A stretch of 63,853 nt of DNA, the filler included, from Octopus bimaculoides (lineage: Eukaryota), in the NCBI RefSeq assembly GCF_001194135.2. It is 7 parts of 7 records of this genome, joined end to end, with 100 filler letters (N's around TTAATTAATTAA, not from the genome) between each part and the next. Parts side by side here need not be neighbours in the genome. Positions count along the whole stretch, not along the records: positions 1 to 15,169 come from NC_068997.1; 6 more parts are not named here. The stretch is one strand, 5' to 3'. The position numbers were made by a program, and so were the translations under genes. Positions 1-13,431 of the stretch are shown one piece after another. The first letter of the stretch is position 1; every line of letters begins with the position of its first letter. The notes under the pieces were generated by a model, which made no database searches, had not been told where the DNA came from, and worked only from the letters and a program-made list of their open reading frames with translations.

Positions 1-290
1 GCGCATGGCTTAATGTCTAGGGTGTTACAATCGCGATTGCGAGATCGGGAAATCGATTCCCAGACCGGCCGTTGCGTTGTGTTCTTGAGCAAAGCACTTC
101 ATTTCATGTTGCTCTGCGATCGTTTCGTCATATGACATGTGGCACACAGTGCACCTGTACAGATAATGTCGATTTGATGGACGGAATGAGCTTATGTGAA
201 CACAAACGTATGATCACTGTTAACAAATCATGAGTATGATTGTTAGGCAAGAAATTAACCCTCACACGTCGTCTAACGATGGGAGAGTCT
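1..290 (+). mobile_element. tRNA-derived SINE (working label E), clipped by window start
   Basis: A-box-like TGGCTTAATGTC, B-box-like ATCGATTCCC, then CORE-like TGTGTTCTTGAGCAAAGCACTT. Confidence 0.6.
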
Positions 291-1024
291 ATGATATATG
301 TATACAATATAAAAAGATTCAGGGGTACCCAACACATTTGTCAGGAGTTACATGTACTATTTAAAACTGTTTGCTTCAGTTCCATGCGACTTAATTAATT
401 TTATGTGATATGAACTTTGATCTGGTCAGTAAATTGTAAAGTGATATTTCAAATGCAGTGTACTGCCAAGATATTCTAGCTGGATGAAATAAAAACTGAA
501 CTGTAAATTGCTACCTGTTAAACAGTGTGTTATTTTAACAATATAAGATGATGCATAAGCTGTGTGTTATTCTAACAGCATAACATGAAATATCAACTAT
601 GTTGTTACTTCCCAACTCATTCACTATCGTATTTAAATGAGAAGATATGATATTTTTGATATTCAACTTCTGTAATGTGAAACCGAAATCGAATATGATT
701 TCATGTTTGTTTAGTTATCAGACGTCACAATTTTTACAAGCATTGTGTAATTTCTAAATTATGTTCTGTAATACCAAGATTGAGTTGTTATATTTATTTA
801 AATGACGGTATGAAATCGAAACCCATGTGTAACGTACCAAGACTTTAACCACATGGCGCTAAATAAATAAAGATGTAACACTTAAGATCAGGGATACCAC
901 AGAAGATTTTGGATTCCTGTTGTGTATTTAGCTACAATATGGCCGAGCGCATATTCTCTCATTTGCTCTATTGGACATATTTGCGTATGTATATGTATTG
1001 TAAAATAATAGTTGTAAAATATGC

Positions 1025-1600
1025 TGGTTTCTAATTTTGGCACAAGGCCAGAAGTTTCGCGGGGAGGTGATAAGTCGATTACATCGACTTTAGTGCTCAA
1101 CTGATACTTGTTTTATCGACCCCAGATGGATGAGTTGTAAAATACACGAAAAATATATTTTACAACTCTATTCATTGCAGCCTTCCTTCGTTAACACGGG
1201 TAAAATATGATACTAGGGAGATTTAGCTTGTTTCTAGCGGTTGAGTGATTGCAGGTCAAGATACGCTGCCTCGTTGTGGTGCAGGAAGCTATGACGTAGT
1301 ATTTAAACAAGACTGGAATATTTAAACTAATTTAATATTCTTCATTCAGGGTCTGTGGAGGAAACCCTTCTCTATGAAATATGTATAAAAATTACTCTGA
1401 TCTGTTGTATGAAATCTAAATTGTGGGATATCTAATTAAATTGGTGAACGTTATATTATTACTCGGCAATTAAGGGTGGCTAGCTGGAAGAACCGTCAGT
1501 GCTTCGGACAAAATCCTTAGCGGCATTTTTTCCGGCATTTTATGTCCTGAGTTCAATCTCGCCAAGGTCAACTTTGCCTTTCCTCCTTTTGAGGTCAACG
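1025..1600. mobile_element. Two SINE family A fragments (1025-1135 minus, 1476-1600 plus)
   Basis: Match to the family-A consensus seen across the window (GAGTTCAAATTCCGCCGAGGTCGACTTTGCCTTTCATCC; tail GGCCTTGTGCCAAAATT). Confidence 0.75.
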
Positions 1601-1746
1601 GGCTTCTTTCAGTTTCCGTCAAATCAAGTCGGCCCGAGGCTTTAGAAAATACTTGCGCAAGGTGTTACGCAGTGGGACTGAACCCGGGACCATGTGATTG
1701 GAAAGCAAGTTTCTTACCACACAGCCATGCCTGCGCCTATACAGAC

Positions 1747-1789
<43 letters not shown>

Positions 1790-1790
1790 N
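1601..1790 (-). mobile_element. SINE family C 5' half, adjacent to (TA)n and gap
   Basis: Reverse of GGCGCAGGCATGGCTGTGTGGTAAG...GGTTCAGTCCCACTGCG...GAAACTGAAAGAAGCCC. Confidence 0.8.
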
Positions 1791-2424
1791 NNNNNNNNNN
1801 NNNNNNNNNNNNNNNNNNNNNNNNNNNNNNNNNNNNNNNNNNNNNNNNNNNNNNNNNNNNNNNNNNNNNNNNNNNNNNNNNNNNNNNNNNNNNNNNNNNN
1901 NNNNNNNNNNNNNNNNNNNNNNNNNNNNNNNNNNNNNNNNNNNNNNNNNNNNNNNNNNNNNNNNNNNNNNNNNNNNNNNNNNNNNNNNNNNNNNNNNNNN
2001 NNNNNNNNNNNNNNNNNNNNNNNNNNNNNNNNNNNNNNNNNNNNNNNNNNNNNNNNNNNNNNNNNNNNNNNNNNNNNNNNNNNNNNNNNNNNNNNNNNNN
2101 NNNNNNNNNNNNNNNNNNNNNNNNNNNNNNNNNNNNNNNNNNNNNNNNNNNNNNNNNNNNNNNNNNNNNNNNNNNNNNNNNNNNNNNNNNNNNNNNNNNN
2201 NNNNNNNNNNNNNNNNNNNNNNNNNNNNNNNNNNNNNNNNNNNNNNNNNNNNNNNNNNNNNNNNNNNNNNNNNNNNNNNNNNNNNNNNNNNNNNNNNNNN
2301 NNNNNNNNNACATATATGATATGAAATATATTATATATATATATATAATATGGTATATATATATATATATATATATATATGATATAATGTACACACACAT
2401 ATATATATATACATATATATATTC

Positions 2425-2466
<42 letters not shown>

Positions 2467-3062
2467 GTATATATTTCTTATGTAATATATATTTCAAGAA
2501 CTTCTGTATTATCTAATAATAACTTTTGTAATAACTTTTGTAATATCGGCTTCTGATAGGATATCTGATGCTATTTTAGGATATCTATTTAGTAGACCAA
2601 TGTAGATATTTCAATTGTGAGCCAATATCTAAGATGTGTGTTAGGTCTATGCTATATATCGTAGTATGGGCGGTATATTTAATCATATTTGACTTTTTTC
2701 TGTTTCGAAAATTCCATAATATTGAATACATTGTCGATGATCTCAAAATAACTTATTAATTATGGAAACTAGTTTAGAGACTATGGTATACTTATATTAT
2801 TGCAAATTTTAAACGAATGTAATAAACGGAATATTTGCAGCACAGAAGTAAAATTGCGAAAACGAAAAATAAACTAAAATTTATTTCTTCATAACGATGA
2901 TCTATTCCATCTTCTGTCTTATGATATTAACCAATGACGTCATAACTATGAAGTAACAGTGTGGAATATCCAAATAAGAACTGATATCTAAACTATATGA
3001 TAAATAACGTGATAGCTAAACTATTTGGAAACTATGTAAGATTTATAACAATTATATAAATG

Positions 3063-3970
3063 GCTTCAAATTTTGGCATAAGCCCTATAGTTTTAAGGAA
3101 CGGGGGTTGTCGGTTACATCGACCCCAGTGTCCAACTGGTACTTATTTTATCGACTCCGGAAGGATGAAAGGCAAAGTCAACCTCGGCGGAATTTGAACT
3201 CAGAAAGTAAGGATAAAGGAAATAGCACAAAGACAATAGTTTTAGGAAATGGGGATTATCGATTGCATCAACCCCAATGCTCAACTGGTACTTATTTGAT
3301 CGATCCATAAAAGCTGAAAGATTAGCGCAACTCGATAGAATTAGAACTCAGAACATAATGTGCCGAAAGAAATGCCGCTAAGCATTTTTTGCTTGGCATG
3401 CTATCGAGCCTGTCAGCTCGCTACCTTATGACAAGAATCTGAGGATTTGAACTTTGAATGTATTCAGACCTAACTAAATATCTTTAAGTATTTCGTCCGC
3501 CATGTTCTATTAATTCTAATTGTCTATCGCACTTAACAGTCAAGGACTAGTCAAATACTAAGGTTTGTATTATCGACTACACCTTGCTCTCATAATACTA
3601 CGTTACTTTCCTGTTAGAATCCATTGTTATCGAGCTTTCGTTTTTGATAACAAATCCCCCTTGGTCAGGACCAACCTGGAGCTAAACAACGACAATAATT
3701 TGTACAACTTTGTATACATTTGCCATTCATGCTTCTGTAGTTGATAGAGTAAGTGCCACTAATATACCGTGGGTTCGATTTACTGAATCTATCCCTGCGC
3801 TATGAATCATTATTTTCTACGACTTAACGGTGGTTGAAGGCCGAATCGTTCGGCCTCTGGAGCAAATGCTTAGCAATATTCAGATCTCAGCAGATATGAC
3901 TTTGCCTTTCATCCCTCTGAGGTTAATAAAATAAACTACTAGTCAAGTACTATAGTTAATTTAATCGCTT
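3063..3970. mobile_element. Cluster of decayed SINE-A copies (3063-3205 and 3250-3427 minus, 3835-3970 plus)
   Basis: GGATGAAAGGCAAAGTCAACCTCGGCGGAATTTGAACTCAGAA and its reverse complement. Confidence 0.75.
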
Positions 3971-4049
3971 ATGATTTCATCGCCTTATTAAACACTACTA
4001 TCTCCACTAATTCATCCTTAAGTAGCTGTATATGTGTATGTGTGTGTAT

Positions 4050-4060
4050 TAGATAGTTAT

Positions 4061-4132
<72 letters not shown>

Positions 4133-4211
4133 TAATCTGCATAAACATTTGTGTATGTACGTATACGTGACAACACACCCTTCACTCACTCATTCCCTCT
4201 TTCTCTCCCCC

Positions 4212-4263
<52 letters not shown>
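4050..4263. repeat. (GATA)n and (CT)n microsatellites
   Basis: Directly visible. Confidence 0.95.
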
Positions 4264-4265
<2 letters not shown>

Positions 4266-5802
4266 GTCTATTTCATATACACATACATACATCTTTCACT
4301 TTCTCCTCTCTTTGACTTTAAAACAAAAGAAAATAAATAAAAAAATCTTTACGGAGATTAACGAACAACCAGCTGTTCATTTTGGCATTTCTGCGGGTTC
4401 AACTGAAAGAATACGAAAACATGCAACTGAAAAAAAAAGCATCTAGCAGCAAAAACACGACAGCAGACAATATCATAAAAATTATTAGAATTGGGAATCA
4501 AATGTGAAAATATTGTGGCTAGCAAAAAACCGCCCGGAGGGTGGTCCTTCTGGTAGCATATATGTATATGTGTGTGTGTGTGTGTGTATGTGACTGTGCG
4601 TGAGTGTGTGTGTATGTACGTATGTGTACGTGTATGTATGTACATATGTATCTCTCTATCTATCTATCATCTATCTATACACACACACATATAAAGGTAA
4701 AATTAATATATACGCACGCACACACATATATATTTATTCATACATACACATACTTACATACATGAATACATACACATACATATACACATACATACATACA
4801 TACATACATAAACACGCACGTACGCAAAAGAGAGAGATGGATGGATGGGACAGACAATGCGTTGGCAATTTACATATGATAATTTTCGTTATATATAGAT
4901 ATGCATGTATGAATATAGATTCAATATATGCATATAATCATGTATATATATGCGTTATGAGACAATCCCTTCATCAACTATCGACTAAAAGATCTTTGCA
5001 ATTTCACTCTTTTCCGGTAATATGGCACCATAGGTGCTCCCAAGCGACATCGATATTATTAGAGAATCTTTTCTCAGTTTCGGCTTTTAACCTCTTCCCA
5101 ATCATTCTTTTACAATTTTCAGAATTATTTTAAATATAGAAAATGAAATAGATTCAGCCATTCTCTTACGTAAATCTAAACATCTGTTTCTTCAGCTTCG
5201 TCGCAAGTCCCTCGCCCATATCTTTAAAGAATGTGGTCGGATTTATCTTCCGACAGAATTTGCTGCGCATAAATTGAATTGGCTTCAACTGGATACTGAA
5301 ACTGAAACCTCATCGCATTTGTACATTTTATATTTTATTCAGCTATTCTTCTCTAAGAGTTTTCATTTTGTAATTTCCAAACAAATTTTGTTTCGTTGTT
5401 GCCTAAACAGTAGGAATCTATATCTTAGAATTGTGGTGAATTTTTAGAGTGAATAGCTCTTAAAGCGCTCAGTATAGAATTAGATTCCTGAAGACATTAA
5501 CTATGAAATAAAACTCGTATGATCTCAACACAGCACATTTCAACTCTCACGCTCTCTCCCACTCTCTCGCTCTCTTCCTCTCCCTATATATAGCTGTCCC
5601 TATATATAGCTGTATATATTTGTCTGTGCGTGTGTTGAGATGTGTATATATAAACACATAAAAATTGTTATTATATAACACTATAACAGCTGAAGATAGA
5701 ACATAAATAAGAACAAAGACAAAGATTGAATTGCTACCTTGAAATTTTCAATAGCCCTGATATTTCAGGTAAAATGTTCTTTCAAGAAAGCACAAGAGAA
5801 AA

Positions 5803-5910
<108 letters not shown>

Positions 5911-6486
5911 AACCAAAATACAGTTTATGTTGGCACGTTGGGTTGAGTGAAATTAAAGTGAACACGAATATTGAAGTGTGAGAATTGAGCAACGTTCTAT
6001 GTATTGCTGGTGTCAGCGTATGGATGTGACGTGTACGCGAGGAGAAATTGGGTGAAGTATCGTAATGCCAGGTAGCTACTGACAGTAACTATCATAACCC
6101 CTGGATTTTCATTTAATACATTTAATACATTAATACATTTAATACATAAACTTTCTCGGCATTTGAACATCTCCATCACCGACACTTCAGAAACTGTGAT
6201 GTCTACTTCTCTGAACTGTCGGCATCAGTTAAATTTATGTAGCTACTCGTATTCTTGAAATACGTGTGTTCTAGTTTTAGAGAAAGGCATCTATATGGTC
6301 AGTAGGCTTGGTGGAAATAGCAACCAAGATCTCATTTGAATATCACCCTATTACCTTTAAAATATATAGTTCTAGATGCACTGTTTGGAAATAGGAACGA
6401 AGACGGGATAATCACAGCAAAAATAAGTTTCGATTAGAGCTGACCAACATCTTATTCCAGCAATATACACAAGCGCGCGCGTACAA

Positions 6487-6525
<39 letters not shown>

Positions 6526-6639
6526 TACATACATACACATGTATATATAAAGAGAAGGGAAGAACGCGTGAGTGAGAGAGAAAAGAGGGGCGGCCTCTAC
6601 GTACGCGTGAGTGAGAGAGAAAAGAGGAACGGCCTCAAA

Positions 6640-6994
6640 TCAGACTATTCCCTTTTTAATGAAGTATTGCTTTGGCTAATGTAGTCAGTCATGTCCCTAA
6701 AAATGATGAGATGGTCACAGGCGGAACGTCTTTGGTGATAGATCTGCTTGATGAAGTCCAACTTGGATTGGACAACACCATTCTATCTTTTAGCCAACGA
6801 GAGACCCGTGGCCGGACCTGATACATAGTCTAGTCATGTTTTCGACTCAATTATGCTATGCATATTTCTCTTCTTTTTCAGTGTATACCGTGTCTACTTA
6901 TTTTCTTTCATCATTTCATTATATGGAAATCCCCACACTTCATATCTTTCTTTGTATTGTCCCCCTCATCCTTCGCCCTTGTGGCAAATAAATG

Positions 6995-7020
<26 letters not shown>
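6640..7020 (+). mobile_element. Probable 3' end of a non-LTR retroelement with (ATC)n tail, clade unknown
   Basis: Stop-riddled ORF-like end (...FYLLANERPVAGPDT*), T-rich UTR, then CCCTTGTGGCAAATAAATGAAAT(CAT)n. Confidence 0.4.
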
Positions 7021-7025
<5 letters not shown>

Positions 7026-7470
7026 TATTATTATTGAGTGAGAGAGCAGTGCATGCCATCAAAGTGACCCTGAAAACAAATATACGAAGCCCAATATACC
7101 CATCATGACTACCCGTCTGATAAGGGCACACCAGGCACATGCATCACAACCATATGTGCGCGACATGGTGATCTCATATCAAGATAAACAGCGCATGACC
7201 TCGCAGGTGGGGCCCAGTTAGAATTTTCTTCAGGTCGATTAGCCCATTCCGCTCAAAAGATCCCTGAATAAGGTTTGTTTAAGGATATTGAGCAAAATAC
7301 CCATGTTTCCAAGGGTGAATTATTCAAACCCCAAAGAATTCCTCTCAACACATGGCTATGATGCTCCCCTACTACTTCTGCTCATGATCAGAGATGCACA
7401 TATCGTCAGCCACCAAAGGATATGTTCAACTGGTTATGGTTAAACAACTGACAAGCAAATCTGTGGTGAT
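7020..7470 (-). mobile_element. Unclassified retroposon-like element ending in an (AAT/GAT)n tail
   Basis: Minus strand ends GGCATGCACTGCTCTCTCACTC(AAT)n; complex non-coding body; recognised from memory as a recurrent octopus repeat. Confidence 0.45.
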
Positions 7471-7505
7471 TATTAATGTTATTATCATTATCATTATTAT
7501 TATTA

Positions 7506-7550
<45 letters not shown>

Positions 7551-7551
<1 letters not shown>

Positions 7552-7770
7552 GGCGGCGAGTTGGCGAAATCTTTAGCACGCCGCGCGAAATGCTCAGGGG
7601 TATTTCGTCCATCTTCACATTCTGAGTTTAAATTCCGCCAAGGTCGACTTTGCCTTTCATCCTTTCGGGGTCGATAAATTAAGTACCAGTGGAACATTGG
7701 GGTTTGATGTAATCGACTCAACCCTTCCCCAAAATGGCTACCCCTGTGGCAAAATTTGAAACCATTATTA
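7551..7770 (+). mobile_element. Full-length SINE family A following an (ATT)n tract
   Basis: GGCGGCGAGTTGGCGAAATCTTTAGC head, GAGTTTAAATTCC B-box, central GTCGACTTTGCCTTTCATCCTTTCGGGGTCGATAAA, tail AAAATTTGAAACC(ATT)n. Confidence 0.9.
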
Positions 7771-8264
7771 TCGTTATTTAATTTTAAAATATTCTGTATA
7801 ACATATATCGCAAGCATGCGTTCCGAACCGGAGCTCGACTAGAGGCGAAATTAATATCAATTCTGATTGGTCAAATTAGTGCATTTTAGGGAATCATTTT
7901 TTATCTCAATCATTGAAAAGGAAGCTTATGAACCCATATATTTAACATGACATATTCCTCTTCACTTTCGCTGTACATGCGGAGCCAAAGGGATGTTCTT
8001 TCTTTTTTTTTATTTTACATTCTTTTCCAAATCCAAACCTCCGTTTTATCGAATGGGTTCAAGCGTAATGAACGATAGTGTAACATTTTGCAGAAGGTTA
8101 TCTTTCTATCTTTCTATCAAGTATTTGTCTTCTCGAAACCTGAATGCATTTGTGTGGATAATTTCTATCTCCGTTCGCAATTTAAGGATTTTTACTTGAT
8201 ATCACTATATACATATATATATGTATATATATGTATATATGTATATATATATGTATATATATAC

Positions 8265-8332
<68 letters not shown>

Positions 8333-10717
8333 TCTCAAACATCTCATATTCTTACCTTTATTTAGTATAAATAAAGCTGTTATAATATATATTGGCCCTT
8401 TATTCATTTATCCATTTTGATCTCCATTACGAATAAGGTTTTTAAGTATAATTGCTTCTATCCTGCCTGCAAGTCCGGTTTAAACTACAATTCGGCTCGC
8501 AAAAGCAAACGAGTTAAACACTTTGATGTTAAAAAATGTAGCCAATTCTTTAGAAATAATAGAATATGTATAATCTTTAAAAGGATTAGACTATCAGCGC
8601 TAGAGCGCTTTCTTTATAGATCTATACAATCTGGGATCTATTCAATCTGTTACATCCTTAACATCACACGTAATTTGTTTTCAACTTTTTTCTGATATCA
8701 CATCATCTGCACTGATTAAATTCTGTCATTACTGCCTAATCAAGGTTATCATGCTAAAGCTAAAACAAGAAAAAAATCTCCCGATCTCTCCTTCTTATCT
8801 TGACAAGATTGCGCTACTTGCGCAATGTTGTCAAGCATGGAAATCCTGACTTCTTCAACCTAGCTTGATGGGTCCTGCCACTATTAGGCTCCAAAACCAG
8901 TTCACATTCACGCCAAACTTTTCACTTTTATTCTACAGAGATCCAAACTAATCGGATAATGTGTCACATTGCTCTTAGAGGTAAATTTTGTTACAGTGCA
9001 AATTCTGTCGACGTCGTTTCCAGCGTCGCAACGATATTTAATACAGAAATCTTAAGGGATTTACACTTTCGTTACCTGGAGTTTCTCTCCATTTTCAGCA
9101 ATCCGTTGCTGAGACAGATCTACTGTTGACTCGAACTTCTACCAACTACACCAGTTGTTTCAAACTTTTGAGAACTTCAACGAAGTCAATGCAAAATTTT
9201 CCGATTGTATCTGGAATGTGAATACCAAAACGATCCAGTGTTTTTGATAGGAAGTTACCTTTCAGATTACTTCAGTAGAAGGAGCTTTGATTGTCCTGCT
9301 TTCTTCTCCCTCCTGTCTCTTTTCTTCCCGCTTTCTGTCAAGTCTCTGGTGCTTAATGGTTTGGTTATATCTCCTCTACTTCTTTATTCTAACGATTTCT
9401 TGTTCTCACTTTTAACAACACTTTAATGCAGATGCTTCAGCACATAATTTTTTCTTAGACTTTCACTCACAAAGACGTAATATCTATTTAACCTGACTCC
9501 TCGTGTCAAACTTGCATTACCTTCAGGAAGACACTTCGACCTCATCTTTCAATGGGGGAATGTCAAGTTGCCCGTTTCCTTCAACATTACAAGCACACAA
9601 TCACCATGTATATCAACGACGTATGTCATCCTCACAACTGTTAAGATGTTTCATTGATGCATTATTCTGTTGTTCATACAAAACGAATCAACGAAGGCCT
9701 CTCTACGTAGTTACTCAACATACTAGAAACAGCAACCTTAAGTCCCTCAAATCAAATCATATCTTAAAATATGGAAAGATAAATTGAATAGATGATTATA
9801 CAATTTCCCAGGAGAGAACGGCATCGTTGAGGCTGGCGCCTTTGGTTGTAAGCCTGCTGTCAGATTCGATATTGTGTCTAAACAATGACCATGACAACGA
9901 CAGCAGCAGAAGAAGCAGAAGCAACAACAACAATAACAACAATACATCAAGAAGACAAATAAAATCTTCAAAGTTGCTACAAATGACAGGCTTTAAGGTT
10001 TTATAATTCTTGACATTACTTTCCTCACCTCAAAATTTCGGGCTTTGTATCTAAATCAGAAACCCTTATCACGCAGCGACTAACGTCTATAATATTACCA
10101 AAAGGATCAATTTTGTCTTCCGAGCCAAAAAATAGTTCAACTTTCAACAACTGTTAACCAACTGCAAATATGTGGGGATACTTAGTACACCGCATTTGAT
10201 ATGATGCAGCTACTCTGAACTCTACCATTGCTGGCTAATGTATATTTTACCACAGTATGGTCACTGATCGTTTGTTAAATAGGGGAGCCTTTACATAGTT
10301 GCTAAATAATGACAGAGATAGCTATCATATCTCCCTGGAAACACGCTTTGCCTCTTAAGAAATAAAATAGTACATTGTATAATACATGGTCATAGCTGGA
10401 ATACTTTTCATCAAAAGTCTGTTGAGTTATGGATGACCTGAGGCTTGACAACAATAACCAGCAAACCAACAAAAGTCCATGAAAACAAATGCAATTACCA
10501 GCTAGAAATGGCAGCTAAATGTCTCTCAAATTTCACCATACAGCACCTAATCCAAGATTTCCAATATAAGTAAAATTGACATGGTTGTTATAAGCGGCAT
10601 TGTATGGTCGCAATCCCTCACAAACTCTGGTTCACAAAGTCATTGACTTAACATTCTGTTTCTTCTATGGATATTACGAATAATAGAACAGAAAGCAATG
10701 TAATAATATGGGAGGAT

Positions 10718-10750
<33 letters not shown>

Positions 10751-11029
10751 GGGTAGGTAGATAGGTTTACAGATGTGCGTGGATGTAAGCATGTATAGTG
10801 TCTGTGTGTGTGTGTATGCATGTATGTGTGTACTCATAAAGACAGAGAATGAGAGATGGTAGGAGAGTGCAGGAGCGACTTTTAACTTTTAATCCTGTAA
10901 GCACATGCATATATATTCACACCCCTCCCACACACACACACACACACTAACGCGCGCGCGCACATAAGCATGTGTAGCTCTTTGGTTTTAGCCATCTTCT
11001 CTAAAGCAATATGCCTTATCCTAGATAAT

Positions 11030-11910
11030 ATTTTATTAATAGAAATAACCTTTATAATGAACAGATTTTTTGCTTGTAACAAACAAGTGCATTTCTTCTG
11101 AAAGCGTAGAATTCTGGAGTTCTGAAACTGATGAATTTTTCGAAGACGTTCTCTGTTGCAGCTTGGTTTATTGAGGATATTCTTTCGCAACAAGTTATCA
11201 AGAAATCGTGTTAGTCGGTCTGATAGAGTCTTGGAGAGGAAGCTGGTAAGCGGACTAACTTGGTTGAGGTAGTGTTCTGTAACGCCGTTCGTTCAATTTC
11301 TGCAGTGACTTTTGTTTGAATGTTGTCGATCGACTAATGCCGGATGCGAACGATGCAATTGTCGAGGCATTTCGTCGATTTCTTGGCAAGTCTTTCTGGT
11401 CGAGAATACCAGTAGCCAGCGTCTAAGCAGTGACCAAATCCTTCTTTCGATGTAGCTTCGGATTATGAAAGTGTTTTGGTGCCTCACCTTCTCTCAGTGA
11501 TTTGCACGAAACGCAGTCTCTTGTCATCCGGAATCCATTCTCATTTCATATCACAATACGATCAAGAAATGAGTAATTTTCATCACACAACGGAAGCCCT
11601 GAGCAGACTTCATGCAACGTCCAACTGTCGAGCACCTTTTGATTTTTCATGGCAAAGTAAATGTTTCTACGACTCTCGGCTATATTCTGCTTCATCAATG
11701 GCACTAAATTGACACTCACCTGTTATCTTCCTTATCTTCAAGACTCTCCTCTCTATCACGAAGTTAAACAATGAATACATTCATTGACAGTCCTCTGGTC
11801 AAATACTTAGTTGATATTGAGAGTAGTTTCTGTTGCTTGGGATGTCTTTGTGAATTCAAACAATGAAATCACTCGAATCGTTTCTTTTTTCGTGTCCATA
11901 TTTCTTTTCT
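11030..11910 (-). mobile_element. Decayed near-full-length mariner transposase, Hsmar1/cecropia-like
   Basis: Frameshifted translation gives MDTKKETIRVISLFEF, EESLEDKE, FLDRIVI, EAPKHFHNPKLHRKK, CQEIDEMPRQLHRSHPALVDR, SLQKLNE, NQAATENVFEKFISFRTPEFY, in the order expected of a mariner transposase. Confidence 0.85.
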
Positions 11911-12336
11911 TTTTTTTTGTTTTTATGTTGTTTTTTTTTGGCATCTTTAAACTTAATAGTCTAAAATAAATAAGAATAAGCAGCGAACGTAAAGCCATTA
12001 ACATAAATCAATAGACCGAAATTTGCGACGCAAAATTGTATATTACATGAATATATTTAATAGAGGTTTATTTCAAAAGAAGCATCAAGGTTTAAAATAA
12101 CAAAAACTGCAATCAAATTTGTACAACTTTATATATATGTGTGTGTGGGTGGGGTTTTGGTGCGTATTGGTGTGTGTATGTAAATAGTCATATTCATAAA
12201 TACATATACATGCACAAACACATACACATACCTATATGTAAGGTTGTACAAATGTAATTGCTCTTTCGTTTTATTTATATATATATATATATACATACAT
12301 GATTACATATATATATACATATACATAGATGATTAC

Positions 12337-12386
<50 letters not shown>

Positions 12387-13114
12387 ATATATATATATAC
12401 ATATATATAGACGTATATGTGTACATATATATATACTTACATACTATATTTATATACATATACGCATATATATATACACATATATACATCTATATATATT
12501 CATATGTGTGTGTATGTGTGCGTGTGTGTGTGTGTGTGTGTATGTGTGTGTGTGTGTGTGTACACATATACATACATACATTTACGGCGATATAATATGT
12601 TAAATGTAAGAAAACTGGTCTCTTCAACTTGTAATATACATTTATTTTCTTGTCTATTCTGACGTGTCTGTGTGTGTGTTTCGACTGAAGATAGAATTCT
12701 AAACGAATTCGTTGCACAATCGATCTGTTGAATTACAGAGTGAATAGGGATGCGTTCCAAGTCTCCAAAAATGTGTTTCCACCAATAGTCTATCAACACT
12801 AATGATTATAATAGAAATATGTTTTGCTCGTATATAGTAGCTGTTTTCATATGTAGAATAAACAAACAATAATTCGAACGCTACCTGAATTTCTAAGAAT
12901 AACGTAAAATAAACAGTGTTTTTCCAATGATTTAGAACCGAAATGGATGATGCAATTTTTATAGCTCTGCTGTACTGATCTCCTTCCACAACGACGCTGG
13001 TTACATATGGCCCTTGGAGGTCCATATAAGATTTTGTTGTTACAATGTTTGTGCAATGAATTGTTTATGCTTCTACATTTCGCAAAATGTTTTGACAATT
13101 TTTTATACACAGAC

Positions 13115-13267
13115 GTGGTTGTGTGGTAAGAAGCTTACTTCCAAACCACGTGGTTCCAGATTCACTCCCACTGTGTGGCTACTGGGGCAAGCGTCTTCTA
13201 CTAAAACCTCGACCCGATCAAAGCCTTGTGAGTGGATTTGGTCAACGGAAACTGAAAGAAGCCCGTC

Positions 13268-13300
<33 letters not shown>
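13115..13300 (+). mobile_element. SINE family C 5' half ending in (TA)n
   Basis: TGTGTGGTAAGAAGCTTACTTCCAAACCACGTGGTTCC...GAAACTGAAAGAAGCCCGTCG(TA)n. Confidence 0.85.
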
Positions 13301-13308
<8 letters not shown>

Positions 13309-13388
13309 GTGTCTTGAATGGCAAAACAATGCACTATAAGAACAACAATGGACTATAATTACTGTTATAATTTAATTATCCATAGTCT

Positions 13389-13431
13389 GATATGATAATA
13401 TTTCGGAATATAAAAATTCCTCCAGATATCG
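13389..13431 (-). ncRNA. Minimal type-I hammerhead-like motif, core damaged
   Basis: Minus: GATAT-CTGGA-GGAAT(TTTTAT)ATTCC-GAAA-TTATT-ATC-ATATC; stems I and II pair, core is CTGGA instead of CTGAAGAA. Confidence 0.5.

Noticed and set aside
2932-2947. CCAAT plus CRE (TGACGTCA) motif; another CRE near 43665
   Set aside because: Short motifs are expected by chance, and there is no associated gene or start site.
8400-9750. Complex non-microsatellite stretch, possibly a decayed element
   Set aside because: All frames are interrupted and I found no ordered motif series to assign a family.
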